A stretch of 64,000 nt of DNA from positions 32,001-96,000 of the forward strand of contig JBGCFM010000046.1 of assembly GCA_045106895.1 (NCBI GenBank), given 5' to 3'. Under the pieces are notes generated by a model. The model saw only the letters and a program-made list of their open reading frames with translations, was not told the origin of the DNA and ran no database searches. Shown one piece after another: positions 37,799-47,214 of this stretch (the stretch's first letter is position 1; the number at the start of each line of letters is the position of its first letter). Origin of the DNA: Polyangiales bacterium (GTDB lineage: Bacteria; Myxococcota_A; Polyangia; Polyangiales; Houyiibacteriaceae). A program made the position numbers and the translations under genes.

Positions 37799-38902
37799 AT
37801 GTCCGCGCTCGACGAAGAGGCTCTCCCCACCAGCGTCTATCTCAACCACGCGGGGACGAGCTGGCCCAAGCCCGGCGTGGTCCGTTCCGCCGTCGCAGGG
37901 ACGTGGGAGACGCCGGCGGAGGATTGGGCGGGGGACTTCAAGGCGGACCACTCCGCCGTCGCGCGCTGGCTCGGCGTCCGAGACCCGCAGCGCTTGCTGC
38001 TCACTCCGGGCTGCACTTCGGCCCTCGCCGTCGCCGTCGCGGACTTGCCGTGGAGCGCCGGAGACCGCGTTCTTTGCAGCAGCTTCGAGCACCAAGCGCT
38101 CGCTCGGCCCTTGAGCACGTTGACGCGGGACCACGGCGTCGAAGTCGTCGCGATTCCTCCGTCGAAGACGAGCAGCTTTGACCTCGACGTCTTCGAGGGG
38201 GAACTCATGCGCGGCGCGAAACTCGTCGCCCTGGCGTGGGCGGGCAATATCACCGGTGAACTCGTCCCCGCGGAAGCCATCATCGAACGCGCTCACGCCC
38301 ACGGCGCCCTCGTGCTCCTCGACGCCGCGCAGGTTGCAGGATGGCTGGCCATCGACGTGGGCTCGCTCGGCGTGGACCTCCTCGCTTTCGCGGGACACAA
38401 AGGACCGCAGGCGCCGTGGGGCATTGGAGGTCTCTACGTCGCGCCGCATGTACAGATGCGTTGCGCCGGCGCTGTTTGCTCCATCGAAGAGGGCGCGGCG
38501 ATGCCCAGCTATTGCGACACAGGCTCCGTCGATCGCGCGGCTCTTGCAGGTCTCGCCGCCGGCATCGAATGGCTCGAGGAAAGACCCGAACGGCTCCGCG
38601 AAGGCCGGGCCGCCATCGCGCGGCTTCGGCGGGCGATCCCCGCGGAGCGAGTCGTGTTCTATGGACCTGAGGCCGAACGACGCATGCCCACGTTGGCTCT
38701 GACCCACAAGGACATCGACGTGTCGACGCTCGCGGCGTCACTCCGCGCGCGAGGCGTCATCGCTGCCGCCGGTTCTATGTGCGCGCCTCAAGCGCTGGAG
38801 ACCCTCGGCGCCCCCGGCGGCGTGCTTCGCCTCAGCGTGGGCCCGGCGACCCGGGACGAAGACCTCGCTCGCGCGGAACGAGTTCTAAGCGAAGCGTTCT
38901 GA
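37799..38902 (+). CDS. Aminotransferase class V (cysteine-desulfurase-like) PLP enzyme
   Basis: YLNHAGTSWPKP, LLDAAQ, AGHKG (PLP Lys), GSMCAP and LRLSVG. Confidence 0.9.
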   Translation: MSALDEEALPTSVYLNHAGTSWPKPGVVRSAVAGTWETPAEDWAGDFKADHSAVARWLGVRDPQRLLLTPGCTSALAVAVADLPWSAGDRVLCSSFEHQALARPLSTLTRDHGVEVVAIPPSKTSSFDLDVFEGELMRGAKLVALAWAGNITGELVPAEAIIERAHAHGALVLLDAAQVAGWLAIDVGSLGVDLLAFAGHKGPQAPWGIGGLYVAPHVQMRCAGAVCSIEEGAAMPSYCDTGSVDRAALAGLAAGIEWLEERPERLREGRAAIARLRRAIPAERVVFYGPEAERRMPTLALTHKDIDVSTLAASLRARGVIAAAGSMCAPQALETLGAPGGVLRLSVGPATRDEDLARAERVLSEAF

Positions 38903-38944
38903 GAGGTCCTCTGCACGTGGGCGCATCGGGAGCCGAAGGCCTCG

Positions 38945-39493
38945 CTAGGCAGCCAGGCGCGCAGCGAACGCCTTCAGCACCTTGCCAAGTTCAGCAGCGA
39001 GTTCTTCGTCTTTGAGCGCGCCGCTCTCGGCGTCGAAGGTCTCGTAGAAACGCGGCACAGACAGGCTCCCGATGACCTCGGCGCCGTGGTGCGGCGCGCC
39101 TTGGAGGGCCGTCGCCAGCACGGACGCACCGCCACGTCCTCCCGGCGAAGCCGAGAGCGCGACGACGGGCGTCTGCTGGAAGACCTTCGTGTCGATGCGG
39201 CTCATCCAATCGAAGAGGTTCTTGTAGGCCGCTGCGTAGGTTCCGTTGTGCTCTGCGTAGGAGACGATGATGCCGTCCGCCTCGCCGATGAGACGAAAGA
39301 AGCGCGCGGCATGGCCTGGGAGATCCCCTCCTTCTCGATCCACGCTGAAGAGAGGCATCTCGAAGTCGTTGAGGTCCAACACTTCGACTTGAGCGTCCGG
39401 CAGCGAATCCTTCAAGCGCGATGCAGCGTGGGTGACCAGGGCTTTGTTGATGGATTGACGGGACGAGCTGGCGGCAAAGGCGAGAATCTTCAT
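38945..39493 (-). CDS. NADPH-dependent FMN reductase
   Basis: FAASSSRQSIN, EHNG..KNLFDWMSR and SPGGRGG. Confidence 0.92.
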   Translation of the reverse strand: MKILAFAASSSRQSINKALVTHAASRLKDSLPDAQVEVLDLNDFEMPLFSVDREGGDLPGHAARFFRLIGEADGIIVSYAEHNGTYAAAYKNLFDWMSRIDTKVFQQTPVVALSASPGGRGGASVLATALQGAPHHGAEVIGSLSVPRFYETFDAESGALKDEELAAELGKVLKAFAARLAA

Positions 39494-39585
39494 TTTGTTG
39501 TCTCCTGAGAAAAGACCCTAATATTTGACCGGTGAGCGCACAAGACGTGCTTGCGAGACATCATCTGACCGAATAAGTCACAGGT

Positions 39586-40485
39586 GTGAGAGCCGCAGAA
39601 GACTTCGATGTGTTCGTCGCCATTCTCGATGCGGGCAGCATCAGTGAGGCTGCACGAGAGCTTGATGTGCCGCGAGCGTCGCTGTCTCGGCAGCTCGCCC
39701 GCCTGGAAGAGCGCCTCGGTGTGCGACTCGTTCATCGAAGTACGCGCAAGCTCGTCGCGACGCCGGCGGGGGTCGCTCTGTACCCACGTGCTCGCGCGCT
39801 GGTCCTCGCCGCGAACGCTGCCGTCGAGTCCGTCGCGCGTCTGGACGATGTGCCGCGTGGGCTCCTCCGTGTCTCCACGCCGCCTCACTACAACTCCCTC
39901 TTCGGCGGTCTCTTCTCCACGTTTTTGCGAAAGTACCCACACGTGCAGGTCGAGCTGCAGACCTCTGCGCGCCACGTGGACCTCGTGGCGGAGCATGTCG
40001 ACGTCGCCATCCGCGGCGGGGTGCTTCGCGACACGAGCCTCATCGCTCGGCCGATCTCGCGCTCGATGCTCACGGCGGTCGCCGCGCCCTCCTATCTCGA
40101 CGAGCACGGTGTTCCCGCGAACTTGAAGGAGCTCGCGGAGCACGCATGTTTGCGCGGCTTCGCCGGCGGCAAACGCCCAAACTCTAGGTGGCCTCTCCGT
40201 GACGGAGGAGAGGTGGAGGTCGATGGTCCCTTCGTCAGCGACGACATGATGGCCCTCCGCGGCGCCGCGGAAGACGGCCTCGGCATCGCCCTCATTCCCG
40301 GTGACCTCATCAAGAAGCCCCTCGCCGACGGAAGCCTCGTGGCGGTGCTTCCAGAGGAAGTCGGTCAGAGCGTGCCGCTCTCGGTTGTGTGGAAGGAACG
40401 TGAGTTCCTCGACCCGAAGATTCGTGCCTTCGTCGATGTGGTGGTCCGTTGGGATCATACCGGCGGACTCCGCCAGGTTTTTTGA
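39586..40485 (+). CDS. LysR family transcriptional regulator (CrgA-like)
   Basis: GSISEAAREL..LSRQLARLEERLGVRLVHRSTR and DVAIR; divergent from the FMN reductase. Confidence 0.93.
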   Translation: MRAAEDFDVFVAILDAGSISEAARELDVPRASLSRQLARLEERLGVRLVHRSTRKLVATPAGVALYPRARALVLAANAAVESVARLDDVPRGLLRVSTPPHYNSLFGGLFSTFLRKYPHVQVELQTSARHVDLVAEHVDVAIRGGVLRDTSLIARPISRSMLTAVAAPSYLDEHGVPANLKELAEHACLRGFAGGKRPNSRWPLRDGGEVEVDGPFVSDDMMALRGAAEDGLGIALIPGDLIKKPLADGSLVAVLPEEVGQSVPLSVVWKEREFLDPKIRAFVDVVVRWDHTGGLRQVF

Positions 40486-40526
40486 GCGCGTTGTCCGGGG
40501 GCGGCCTTGGCCCCACGTCTCCGCCC

Positions 40527-41471
40527 ATGGGCCTCTGGGATTCTCTACTCGACCGAAGCATCTTCTTCGCCTTCGACGCCAGCGGCTTTGAACGTCACGC
40601 GAAGCACTTCACGCCCTTGAATGCGTCCCTTGAAGGGCAGCGCTTCGTCGTGACTGGAGCAAACTCGGGCCTGGGTCTCGCGACGACGCGCTCCCTTGCG
40701 GCGCGCGGCGCGGAAGTTTGGATGCTCTGCCGGAGCGAAAAGCGAGGCCGCGCCGCGCGCGACTTGGTCCGCAGAGAATCAGGCAACGACGCGATCCACT
40801 TGGCCCTCGTGGACATGAGCTCCCTCGCGTCGGTGGACGCATTCCTTTCAAGCTTCGAGGAAAGGCCCGTTCATGCGCTCGTGCACAACGCCGGCGTTCT
40901 CCTCGATGAACGCGACCGCACCGACGAAGGCTTCGAACTGACCTACGCGACGAACATCCTCGGCTCATTTCGACTGACTCACGGCCTGCGAGCCTCCCTC
41001 GCGCCGGGCGCGCGTGTGGTCTTCGTTGCGTCGGGGGGCATGTACAGCACGGCGCTGGACCTCGACGGTTTGCGCCGTCCGGCTGAGCCCTTTGACGGCG
41101 TGGAAGCCTATGCCCAAACCAAGCGCGCTCAGGTGGAGCTTGCCCGCGTCATGGCTGCGGAGCTACCCGAACTCCACATCAGCGCGATGCATCCGGGGTG
41201 GGCCGACACGCCCGGGGTGAGCAGCTCTCTGCCCGGCTTCTACGCGCGCATGAAGAATCGGCTGCGCACGCCTGCTCAGGGTGCCGACACCATCCTTTGG
41301 CTCGCGACCTCGGCGGAGGCGAAGGAAACGCGCGGGCGATTCTACTTCGACAGGGAGCCGGCGGAGACGACGCTCTGGTTTCGTCGCGAAACGAGCGACG
41401 CAGAGCGTCGCAGACTTTGGCAGCAGCTTATGAACGACGCAGGCATTCAGGCTTTTGGGGAGACCCCATGA
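40527..41471 (+). CDS. Short-chain dehydrogenase/reductase (DHRS12-like)
   Basis: TGANSGLG, HNAG, SGGMY, YAQTK and MHPGWADTPG. Confidence 0.92.
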   Translation: MGLWDSLLDRSIFFAFDASGFERHAKHFTPLNASLEGQRFVVTGANSGLGLATTRSLAARGAEVWMLCRSEKRGRAARDLVRRESGNDAIHLALVDMSSLASVDAFLSSFEERPVHALVHNAGVLLDERDRTDEGFELTYATNILGSFRLTHGLRASLAPGARVVFVASGGMYSTALDLDGLRRPAEPFDGVEAYAQTKRAQVELARVMAAELPELHISAMHPGWADTPGVSSSLPGFYARMKNRLRTPAQGADTILWLATSAEAKETRGRFYFDREPAETTLWFRRETSDAERRRLWQQLMNDAGIQAFGETP

Positions 41472-41929
41472 TTCGTATTGAAGAAGTTCGGACCTTCGGC
41501 GCCGACGCGGCCGCGCTCTTTCATTTTCTCGCGGACTTTCGAAATTTGCCGCTCTGGGACCCAGGTATCACTTCCTCGCGTCTCCTCTCTGGAGAGGCAA
41601 ACGCGAGGGGCGCGCGCTACGACGTCGAGTCGCGTTTCCTTGGGCTTCGTGTTCCCCTCCGCTACGAGACCCGGCGCTATGATGAGGCCTCATTTGAGGC
41701 CGTCATCGAAGGCGAAGGGGAGAGCGTTCGTGCTGTGGACCGCCTTGTTGTCGCGGCACGTCCCTCGGGTTGCCAGCTACGCTGGCAAGCGGACTTCGAG
41801 CTCAAGGGAATCCGGCGCCTTGCGGAGCCCATGAGTCGACCCATCTTCCACCGACTTGGCGACAAGGCGATGAGCGGGCTTATGCGCTACGCCTTGAGGA
41901 ATCCTTCGTTCTCGCCGCCTCAGCGTTGA
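41468..41929 (+). CDS. SRPBCC/polyketide cyclase family protein
   Basis: FLADFRNLPLWDPG and START-like pattern; ATGA overlap with the SDR. Confidence 0.8.
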   Translation: MIRIEEVRTFGADAAALFHFLADFRNLPLWDPGITSSRLLSGEANARGARYDVESRFLGLRVPLRYETRRYDEASFEAVIEGEGESVRAVDRLVVAARPSGCQLRWQADFELKGIRRLAEPMSRPIFHRLGDKAMSGLMRYALRNPSFSPPQR

Positions 41930-42887
41930 CTTCGAGAGGTTCGTTTTCGTCGAAACTCGCGGCGTACGCATCAACGCGCCGCCACTCCTCGTCCAGCCAG
42001 GTGGCGACCTCAGCCCCGAGAGTTGAGGCGTCGCGTCGCCAAAAGCGTGCATGGACCGTTTGCCCTACGAGCTCACCAGAGAGCATGCTCGTCATCGTCG
42101 CGAAGCCCTCGAAGCCGCGGTGCGCGAAGAGCACTACGTCGACGTCCGGAGCCGCCCCGCGTAGCGCGGCGACGCCTCGTACCTTTGGAAGCAACGTGTG
42201 CTTCAGCTCCTCGGCGACGCCGAGGCGTGAGCTGCCGGATGCGCGCAGCTTTTTGAGCACGCGCTCGCGGACACCCACGGAGTAGCGAGTTCCTTCGGGG
42301 TAGATGAGGACGCCTTCGTTGTCCGAAAGGTCCTGCGCCAGATCGGCGATGGACTTGAGCTCCTGTTCATCCACGCGCGCGCGATCGATGAAGTGGTTGG
42401 GCAGGCGTCCGCCGGCGAGGTCGAGGCAAGGGTCCGCGCGAAGCTCCTTCTTGAGCACGTAGCGAAGCCGGAAGTCACCGCTTCCGCAGAGTAGCGCCGC
42501 GGGCAGAACCGTGTCGGCGATGGACGTGTGCCGCATCAGCAGCAGGAAAGGGCCTTTTTCGAAGGCCTCTTGGCCTTCCACCACGAAACGAAGCTGGAGT
42601 AGCCGCTGCATCGCTCGAAACAGGGTGTTCGCCCAAAGGCGCTGCAAACGATAGTGAAACGCTTGGTTGTCGCTTTGACGAAGGATCCAGGCGCCTGTCA
42701 TTACCAGGACTCCGAAGAGCTCCATCCACGAATAGACGAGCACGAAAAGGCTGAGGCGCAGCGCGATGAGATGTCGCTGTCGAATAAAGCCAATCACGAG
42801 AAGGGCAGGGACCCAGAGCGGCGCAGCGCTGGTCACCACCGCTGCGACAAGCAGAAGGGCTGGGATGGTGATGAGACGCCGTCGCAC
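41880..42887 (-). CDS. 1-acyl-sn-glycerol-3-phosphate acyltransferase family protein
   Basis: RHTSIAD (HX4D), FIDR and IYPEGTR; N-terminal TM. Confidence 0.9.
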   Translation of the reverse strand: MRRRLITIPALLLVAAVVTSAAPLWVPALLVIGFIRQRHLIALRLSLFVLVYSWMELFGVLVMTGAWILRQSDNQAFHYRLQRLWANTLFRAMQRLLQLRFVVEGQEAFEKGPFLLLMRHTSIADTVLPAALLCGSGDFRLRYVLKKELRADPCLDLAGGRLPNHFIDRARVDEQELKSIADLAQDLSDNEGVLIYPEGTRYSVGVRERVLKKLRASGSSRLGVAEELKHTLLPKVRGVAALRGAAPDVDVVLFAHRGFEGFATMTSMLSGELVGQTVHARFWRRDASTLGAEVATWLDEEWRRVDAYAASFDENEPLEVNAEAARTKDSSRRSA

Positions 42888-42973
42888 TCGGGGGCGCTAG
42901 GGCCATGGCCTCATCGTGGCCATTCTTTGCACGAATCACTTGTCGTTTGTGCCGAGTGACCCTCGACCCGGGC

Positions 42974-44383
42974 ATGCGCTTATTTCCGACCCGCCTGGGC
43001 CTCATCTTCGCTCTTGGTTTCTCCTTCGCCTGCGGCGACGACGACATCGTCACGGACGCCGGACCGCCTCCAGACGCTTCTTCGGACGGCGGCAATGTCT
43101 CTTCTTTTCAAGGGGCTTGCGTATATACGAACACCTTCTCGAACGAAGAAGACTGCCGCGAGTACACCGGCGCGGACTGGACGATGGAGAGCGCTGCCAC
43201 GGACTGTGAGACCGCCTGGCTCGGCCAACCCGGAGTATTGTCCTCCGGCGCATGCAACCTCGAGAACGAGATCGGTCGCTGCGACGTCGGCGATATTGCC
43301 GCGGACGGATATGTCATCGTTTCGAGCGGAGATTCCAGCGCGTGTGGCGCAGCCGAGGTCGCTTGCACGGGCTTCGCCGGCGGAACCTTTGTCGGCGCCG
43401 CTTCGTGCTCAAGCTGCACGCCGAGTGAGGACATCGGACAACCTTTCATTCCAGCCTTTGAGAACTGCCAAGCGCCCCTCGCCGGCGAAGAGCCGGGCCT
43501 GAGCGAAGGAGGCGAGGTCTGCACCTGGACGATCATCAGCGGCTCCACGGAGCCTGGCCGTCGCTACGCCGACTACGCGGACTGCGATGTTGTGCGCACT
43601 CAGCGCCCGTACTACGCGCAGAGCGCCGGCGTCGAAGCAGACCCAGAGGACCCACGCCTCGACGACGCGGAGTTCATGGCGGAGGTCGAGTGGCTTCGCG
43701 GTGAAGCGGAAGCGTCCGCCTGCACCTGCTGCCACACGGGCTCCGAAACACCCGAAGGGGCTGCGATTTGGGACACGGAAGGCGGCGATATCTGGATCGA
43801 CACCATCAGCGACGAAGCCCTCGCGATGCTCGGCGGATACACCGACTCGGCGGCCTTCGGATTCTTGCCGACGGAAGAAAACAACGGCTTCGACCGTTCG
43901 ACGACTGGTCTGCCAACGACGGACCGACCACGACTTCGCGCCTTCGTTGAGGCGGAGCTCGCGCGCAGAGACATCACGCCGGAGGCGGCGGAGGAGCTCG
44001 AGCCTTTCGCACCATTTTTCCGTGAGCTTATCGAGTACGAGCCGGAGCCCTGCGAGGACGGCATCGGAATCAACGAAGACGGACAGCTTACGTGGGTCGG
44101 TGGCGGCGCCCGGTACATTCACGTTCTCGCTGCGGACGCACGCTCCCCAGGCACACCGCCGAACTGGGACCTTCCCGAAGGAACCATCTGGGCGTTCTCC
44201 GTTCCACCTGACGTGATGGAGATGGGATGCGGCATCGAGTATGGCGAGCTCCCTGACAACGCTATCCAGCGAGTACCCGAGAGCGGTGCTCCACCGGCCT
44301 TGGTCTCCGGCGAGAGCTACTACCTCCACGTTCAGCGAGACATCGTGCTTCCGATTGCGCGCTGCCTCTTCACCGCGCCTTGA
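42974..44383 (+). CDS. Acidic Cys-rich lipoprotein with one CxxCH motif, function unknown
   Basis: Lipobox SFAC; CTCCH; myxobacterial-type Cys-rich N-domain. Confidence 0.75.
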   Translation: MRLFPTRLGLIFALGFSFACGDDDIVTDAGPPPDASSDGGNVSSFQGACVYTNTFSNEEDCREYTGADWTMESAATDCETAWLGQPGVLSSGACNLENEIGRCDVGDIAADGYVIVSSGDSSACGAAEVACTGFAGGTFVGAASCSSCTPSEDIGQPFIPAFENCQAPLAGEEPGLSEGGEVCTWTIISGSTEPGRRYADYADCDVVRTQRPYYAQSAGVEADPEDPRLDDAEFMAEVEWLRGEAEASACTCCHTGSETPEGAAIWDTEGGDIWIDTISDEALAMLGGYTDSAAFGFLPTEENNGFDRSTTGLPTTDRPRLRAFVEAELARRDITPEAAEELEPFAPFFRELIEYEPEPCEDGIGINEDGQLTWVGGGARYIHVLAADARSPGTPPNWDLPEGTIWAFSVPPDVMEMGCGIEYGELPDNAIQRVPESGAPPALVSGESYYLHVQRDIVLPIARCLFTAP

Positions 44384-44796
44384 TTCGCATCGCACTACTC
44401 CTCGTAGGTCTCTCGGCGTGTGGTGACTCCGTCGAGATGCCCCGCGACGGCTCCATCGAGGCCGGAGACTTCATCTGCGCTAGCGAAGACGATGTCCGAC
44501 GATTCGTGTTCGAGCCGAGCTGCGCGACTTCTCGCTGCCATGACGCGGAAGCCGCGCGAGGGCGCCTGGACCTAGAGACCCCCGGGGTGACCGAGCGTTT
44601 GATCGGCCGAACGTCGGTGCACGAACGCTGTTCCGAACAGCAGCTCCTCGTGCCTGGTGACCCCGCGTCGAGCTTCATGATGCGAAAGGTCTTGGGGACC
44701 CACGGGAACTGCGGCGACCCCATGCCGAATCGTGGTGAGGTCTCGCCTGCCCAGCGACGTTGTATCGCGGCTTGGATTGTGAACGCAGCGGAGTAA
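44380..44796 (+). CDS. Small lipoprotein, cytochrome-c-like
   Basis: Lipobox LSAC; CATSRCH, LVPGDPASS, MP and WI, a pattern typical of myxobacterial/planctomycete c-type domains. Confidence 0.7.
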   Translation: MIRIALLLVGLSACGDSVEMPRDGSIEAGDFICASEDDVRRFVFEPSCATSRCHDAEAARGRLDLETPGVTERLIGRTSVHERCSEQQLLVPGDPASSFMMRKVLGTHGNCGDPMPNRGEVSPAQRRCIAAWIVNAAE

Positions 44797-44857
44797 GGCA
44801 GAACTTTCTGCCGTTCGTGTGGACTACTTAAGGCCCCTGGGTATGTTCGCGCGCCAT

Positions 44858-45658
44858 ATGCGAGCTCTTACTTCACTCCTGGCGGCTCACCTCTTCTGCG
44901 CATGCGCCGCGCAAACGCCGCGTGTCGACCACGGGGCATCGGACAACCCCGATACCTTCATGCGCCAAGGCTTCGCCGGCGCGGCCGCTGTCATCCTTCC
45001 GAGGGGAGACGAGCGTTGCTACGGCGAATGCGAAATGCGCTTCTCCCCGGCATCGTCGTTCAAGGTTCCGCACGCTCTCATCGCGTTGAACGCCGGAGTG
45101 CTGAGCGGGCCGGAGCACGTGTTTTCGTGGGATGGCGAGGAGCGTTCGGTTCCCGCCTGGAACCAAGACCACACCCTCGCGAGCGCCATTGAAAACTCTG
45201 TCGTTTGGTACTTCCAGCGGGTGGCGCCGAGGATCGGCCGCGAACGCTTCGAAGACGAGCTGCCGCGCTTTGGCTACGGGGACGCGAATATCGGCGAGGA
45301 CCTCACGCGCTTCTGGCTCGACGACAGCCTCACTGTATCGCCGATGGAGCAGGCGCGATTCTGGCGTCGTCTCCACGCTGGGGAACTGCCCGTCACGGAC
45401 GAGGCGAGGGACGCCGTGCTCGAGATGACCACCCTCGCACGGCGCGACGGCGTGGTGCTCCGGGGCAAGACGGGCTGGCATCCATCGGAACCCGTAGGCG
45501 GCTGGTTCGTCGGCTCGCTTCAAAGCCCCGCTGGGGTCACGACCTTCGCCGTGCGGCTCACGGCGGAGGGCGACTACGACGCCGCTTCTTTCGTCGCCGC
45601 CCGTCGTCGCGTCGCCGAAGAGCTCCTCGTTGAACTTGGCTTCGCGGTACCTCGCTAG
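44858..45658 (+). CDS. Class D (OXA-type) beta-lactamase / penicillin-binding transpeptidase-like protein
   Basis: SPASSFK (SxxK), SVVW (SxV), YGD (YGN variant), FWL and KTG. Confidence 0.88.
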   Translation: MRALTSLLAAHLFCACAAQTPRVDHGASDNPDTFMRQGFAGAAAVILPRGDERCYGECEMRFSPASSFKVPHALIALNAGVLSGPEHVFSWDGEERSVPAWNQDHTLASAIENSVVWYFQRVAPRIGRERFEDELPRFGYGDANIGEDLTRFWLDDSLTVSPMEQARFWRRLHAGELPVTDEARDAVLEMTTLARRDGVVLRGKTGWHPSEPVGGWFVGSLQSPAGVTTFAVRLTAEGDYDAASFVAARRRVAEELLVELGFAVPR

Positions 45659-45728
45659 GCTCTTCTGCATGTCCCCTTAAAGCTATGGTTCGCGCCCGCA
45701 CAGTGAACGCGGTTTGGGAGGAATCAGA

Positions 45729-46304
45729 ATGAGCGCATTTGTACATATGGAGCTGAGCACGTCGGACGTGTCGAAGGCCAAGAAGTTTTACAAGTCGGTT
45801 TTGGGCTGGAAGTACCAAGAGATGCCGATGCCAGGCGGCAGCTACACCTTGGTGATGTCCGATTCCGGACCCGTCGGCGGCATGCAAAAGAACCCGATGC
45901 CCAAGGCTCCGAACAGCTGGTGCGGCTACGCGAGCGTCAAGTCCGTTGCGCGAACCGTGGCCAAGGTGAAGAAGCTTGGTGGCAAGGTCATCGTGCCGAA
46001 AACAGACCTTCCAAGCGGCAGCCTTGCCGTGCTGACGGATCCGCAGGGTGCGACTTTCGGAATCTGGCAGGCGGCTCCTGCGAAGCCGACGACCAAGAAG
46101 GCCGCGAAGAAGACGACCAAGAAGGCCGCGAAGAAGACGACCAAGAAGGCCGCGAAGAAGACGACCAAGAAGGCTGCGAAGAAGCGCGCGACCAAGAAGG
46201 CCGCGAAGAAGACGACCAAGAAGGCTGCGAAGAAGACGATCAAGAAGGCCGCAAAGAAGACGACTAAGAAGACCGCCAAGAAGCGGGCTGCGAAGAAAAA
46301 GTAG
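45729..46304 (+). CDS. VOC/glyoxalase family protein with C-terminal histone-H1-like Lys/Ala/Thr repeat tail
   Basis: FVHMELST..FYKSVLGW..GG.V..DPQGATFGIW followed by about 9 copies of TTKKAAKK. Confidence 0.9.
   Translation: MSAFVHMELSTSDVSKAKKFYKSVLGWKYQEMPMPGGSYTLVMSDSGPVGGMQKNPMPKAPNSWCGYASVKSVARTVAKVKKLGGKVIVPKTDLPSGSLAVLTDPQGATFGIWQAAPAKPTTKKAAKKTTKKAAKKTTKKAAKKTTKKAAKKRATKKAAKKTTKKAAKKTIKKAAKKTTKKTAKKRAAKKK
46089..46301 (+). repeat. Coding 24-bp tandem repeat
   Basis: ACGACCAAGAAGGCCGCGAAGAAG x~9 with synonymous variation and one codon insertion. Confidence 0.9.
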
Positions 46305-46318
46305 CCTCTTTGGCGACG

Positions 46319-46352
46319 AAAAAAGGGCGCCGCGTTGGCGCCCTTTTTTTTT
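46319..46352. terminator. Bidirectional rho-independent terminator
   Basis: AAAAAAGGGCGCC-gcgtt-GGCGCCCTTTTTTTTT between convergent genes. Confidence 0.9.
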
Positions 46353-46368
46353 GTGCATCGGATCGAGG

Positions 46369-47214
46369 CTAGTCGGCGCAGCAGCGGAAGCCGACGCTGA
46401 CCGCCTGCCGGTCTCGCGGCCATCGGAGCTCCGCGGCCATGGCGCAACGCAGGCCCACTCCTTGGTGCTCGAAGCTGCCACCGCGGATTCGACACGGCGA
46501 GTCCGGGTCTTCTCCCTCGCAGGCGTTGTCCCATTCGGCGGCGTGGCCGCTTAGGTCGAAGACCTCCGTGTATCCATCAACGCTCGAGCGGCACTCCGTG
46601 AGGCTTCCGACGTCGACGTAGCCCCAGGTCGTGTAGTCCTCGGCGTCGCCGCCGCGGCATCGCTGCGTGTCGAGCTCGTTGCCGTAGGTGTATTCGTTCA
46701 CGCCGCCCGACGTACACGCCGCGTGCCACTCGCTGACGCCGGCATCCGCGTAGTCGTCAAAGGCGTAGGCCGCCCCGTCGCTTCGCGAACCACAGAGTCT
46801 CTTGCCCGCGGCTTCGCAGAACGCGTGAGCGTCGCACCAATCCACGCAGACCACCGGTTGGTCGCCGTTGTTGCCAGGCGGCCACGCGCACGAAGGCTCG
46901 TAGTCGTCGTTGCTTCCGCACGCGGCGTGGTCCGAGGGTGCTGGGGCCTGGTCCAGCCAGGCCTCGTACTGGCCGCGGGTGACTTCCGTTGTGTCGATGC
47001 AGAAGCCTTCCGGCAGCCGAACCATCGCGGGGCCCATGCCGTCCGAATCGCCGCCGGCGGGGCACGCGCCTTGGCCGGGCAGGGTCTGGTCGGGATCGGC
47101 TTCGAGCTCAGCGCGAGTCACCGTGGAGGGCGCGAGGGACCAAACAAATGCTCCACCACTCACGAGGACAGCGAAGGAAAGAAGAGCGCGTCTATTCATG
47201 TGTCGATCCATCAC
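46369..47214 (-). CDS. Formylglycine-generating enzyme (SUMF1/FGE-sulfatase) domain protein, exported
   Basis: FCIDTTEVT, PVVCVDWCDA..GKRL, FDLSGHAAEW, RGGSF and VGFRCC. Confidence 0.88.
   Translation of the reverse strand: MMDRHMNRRALLSFAVLVSGGAFVWSLAPSTVTRAELEADPDQTLPGQGACPAGGDSDGMGPAMVRLPEGFCIDTTEVTRGQYEAWLDQAPAPSDHAACGSNDDYEPSCAWPPGNNGDQPVVCVDWCDAHAFCEAAGKRLCGSRSDGAAYAFDDYADAGVSEWHAACTSGGVNEYTYGNELDTQRCRGGDAEDYTTWGYVDVGSLTECRSSVDGYTEVFDLSGHAAEWDNACEGEDPDSPCRIRGGSFEHQGVGLRCAMAAELRWPRDRQAVSVGFRCCAD

Noticed and set aside
46089..46301. Regular repeats as a possible CRISPR array
   Set aside because: The 24-bp units are contiguous with no unique spacers, stay in frame and vary synonymously. 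This is a coding Lys/Ala repeat, and no cas genes are present.
46369..47214. FGE/CLec-fold protein as a DGR target
   Set aside because: No second copy of its 3' end and no reverse transcriptase were seen.
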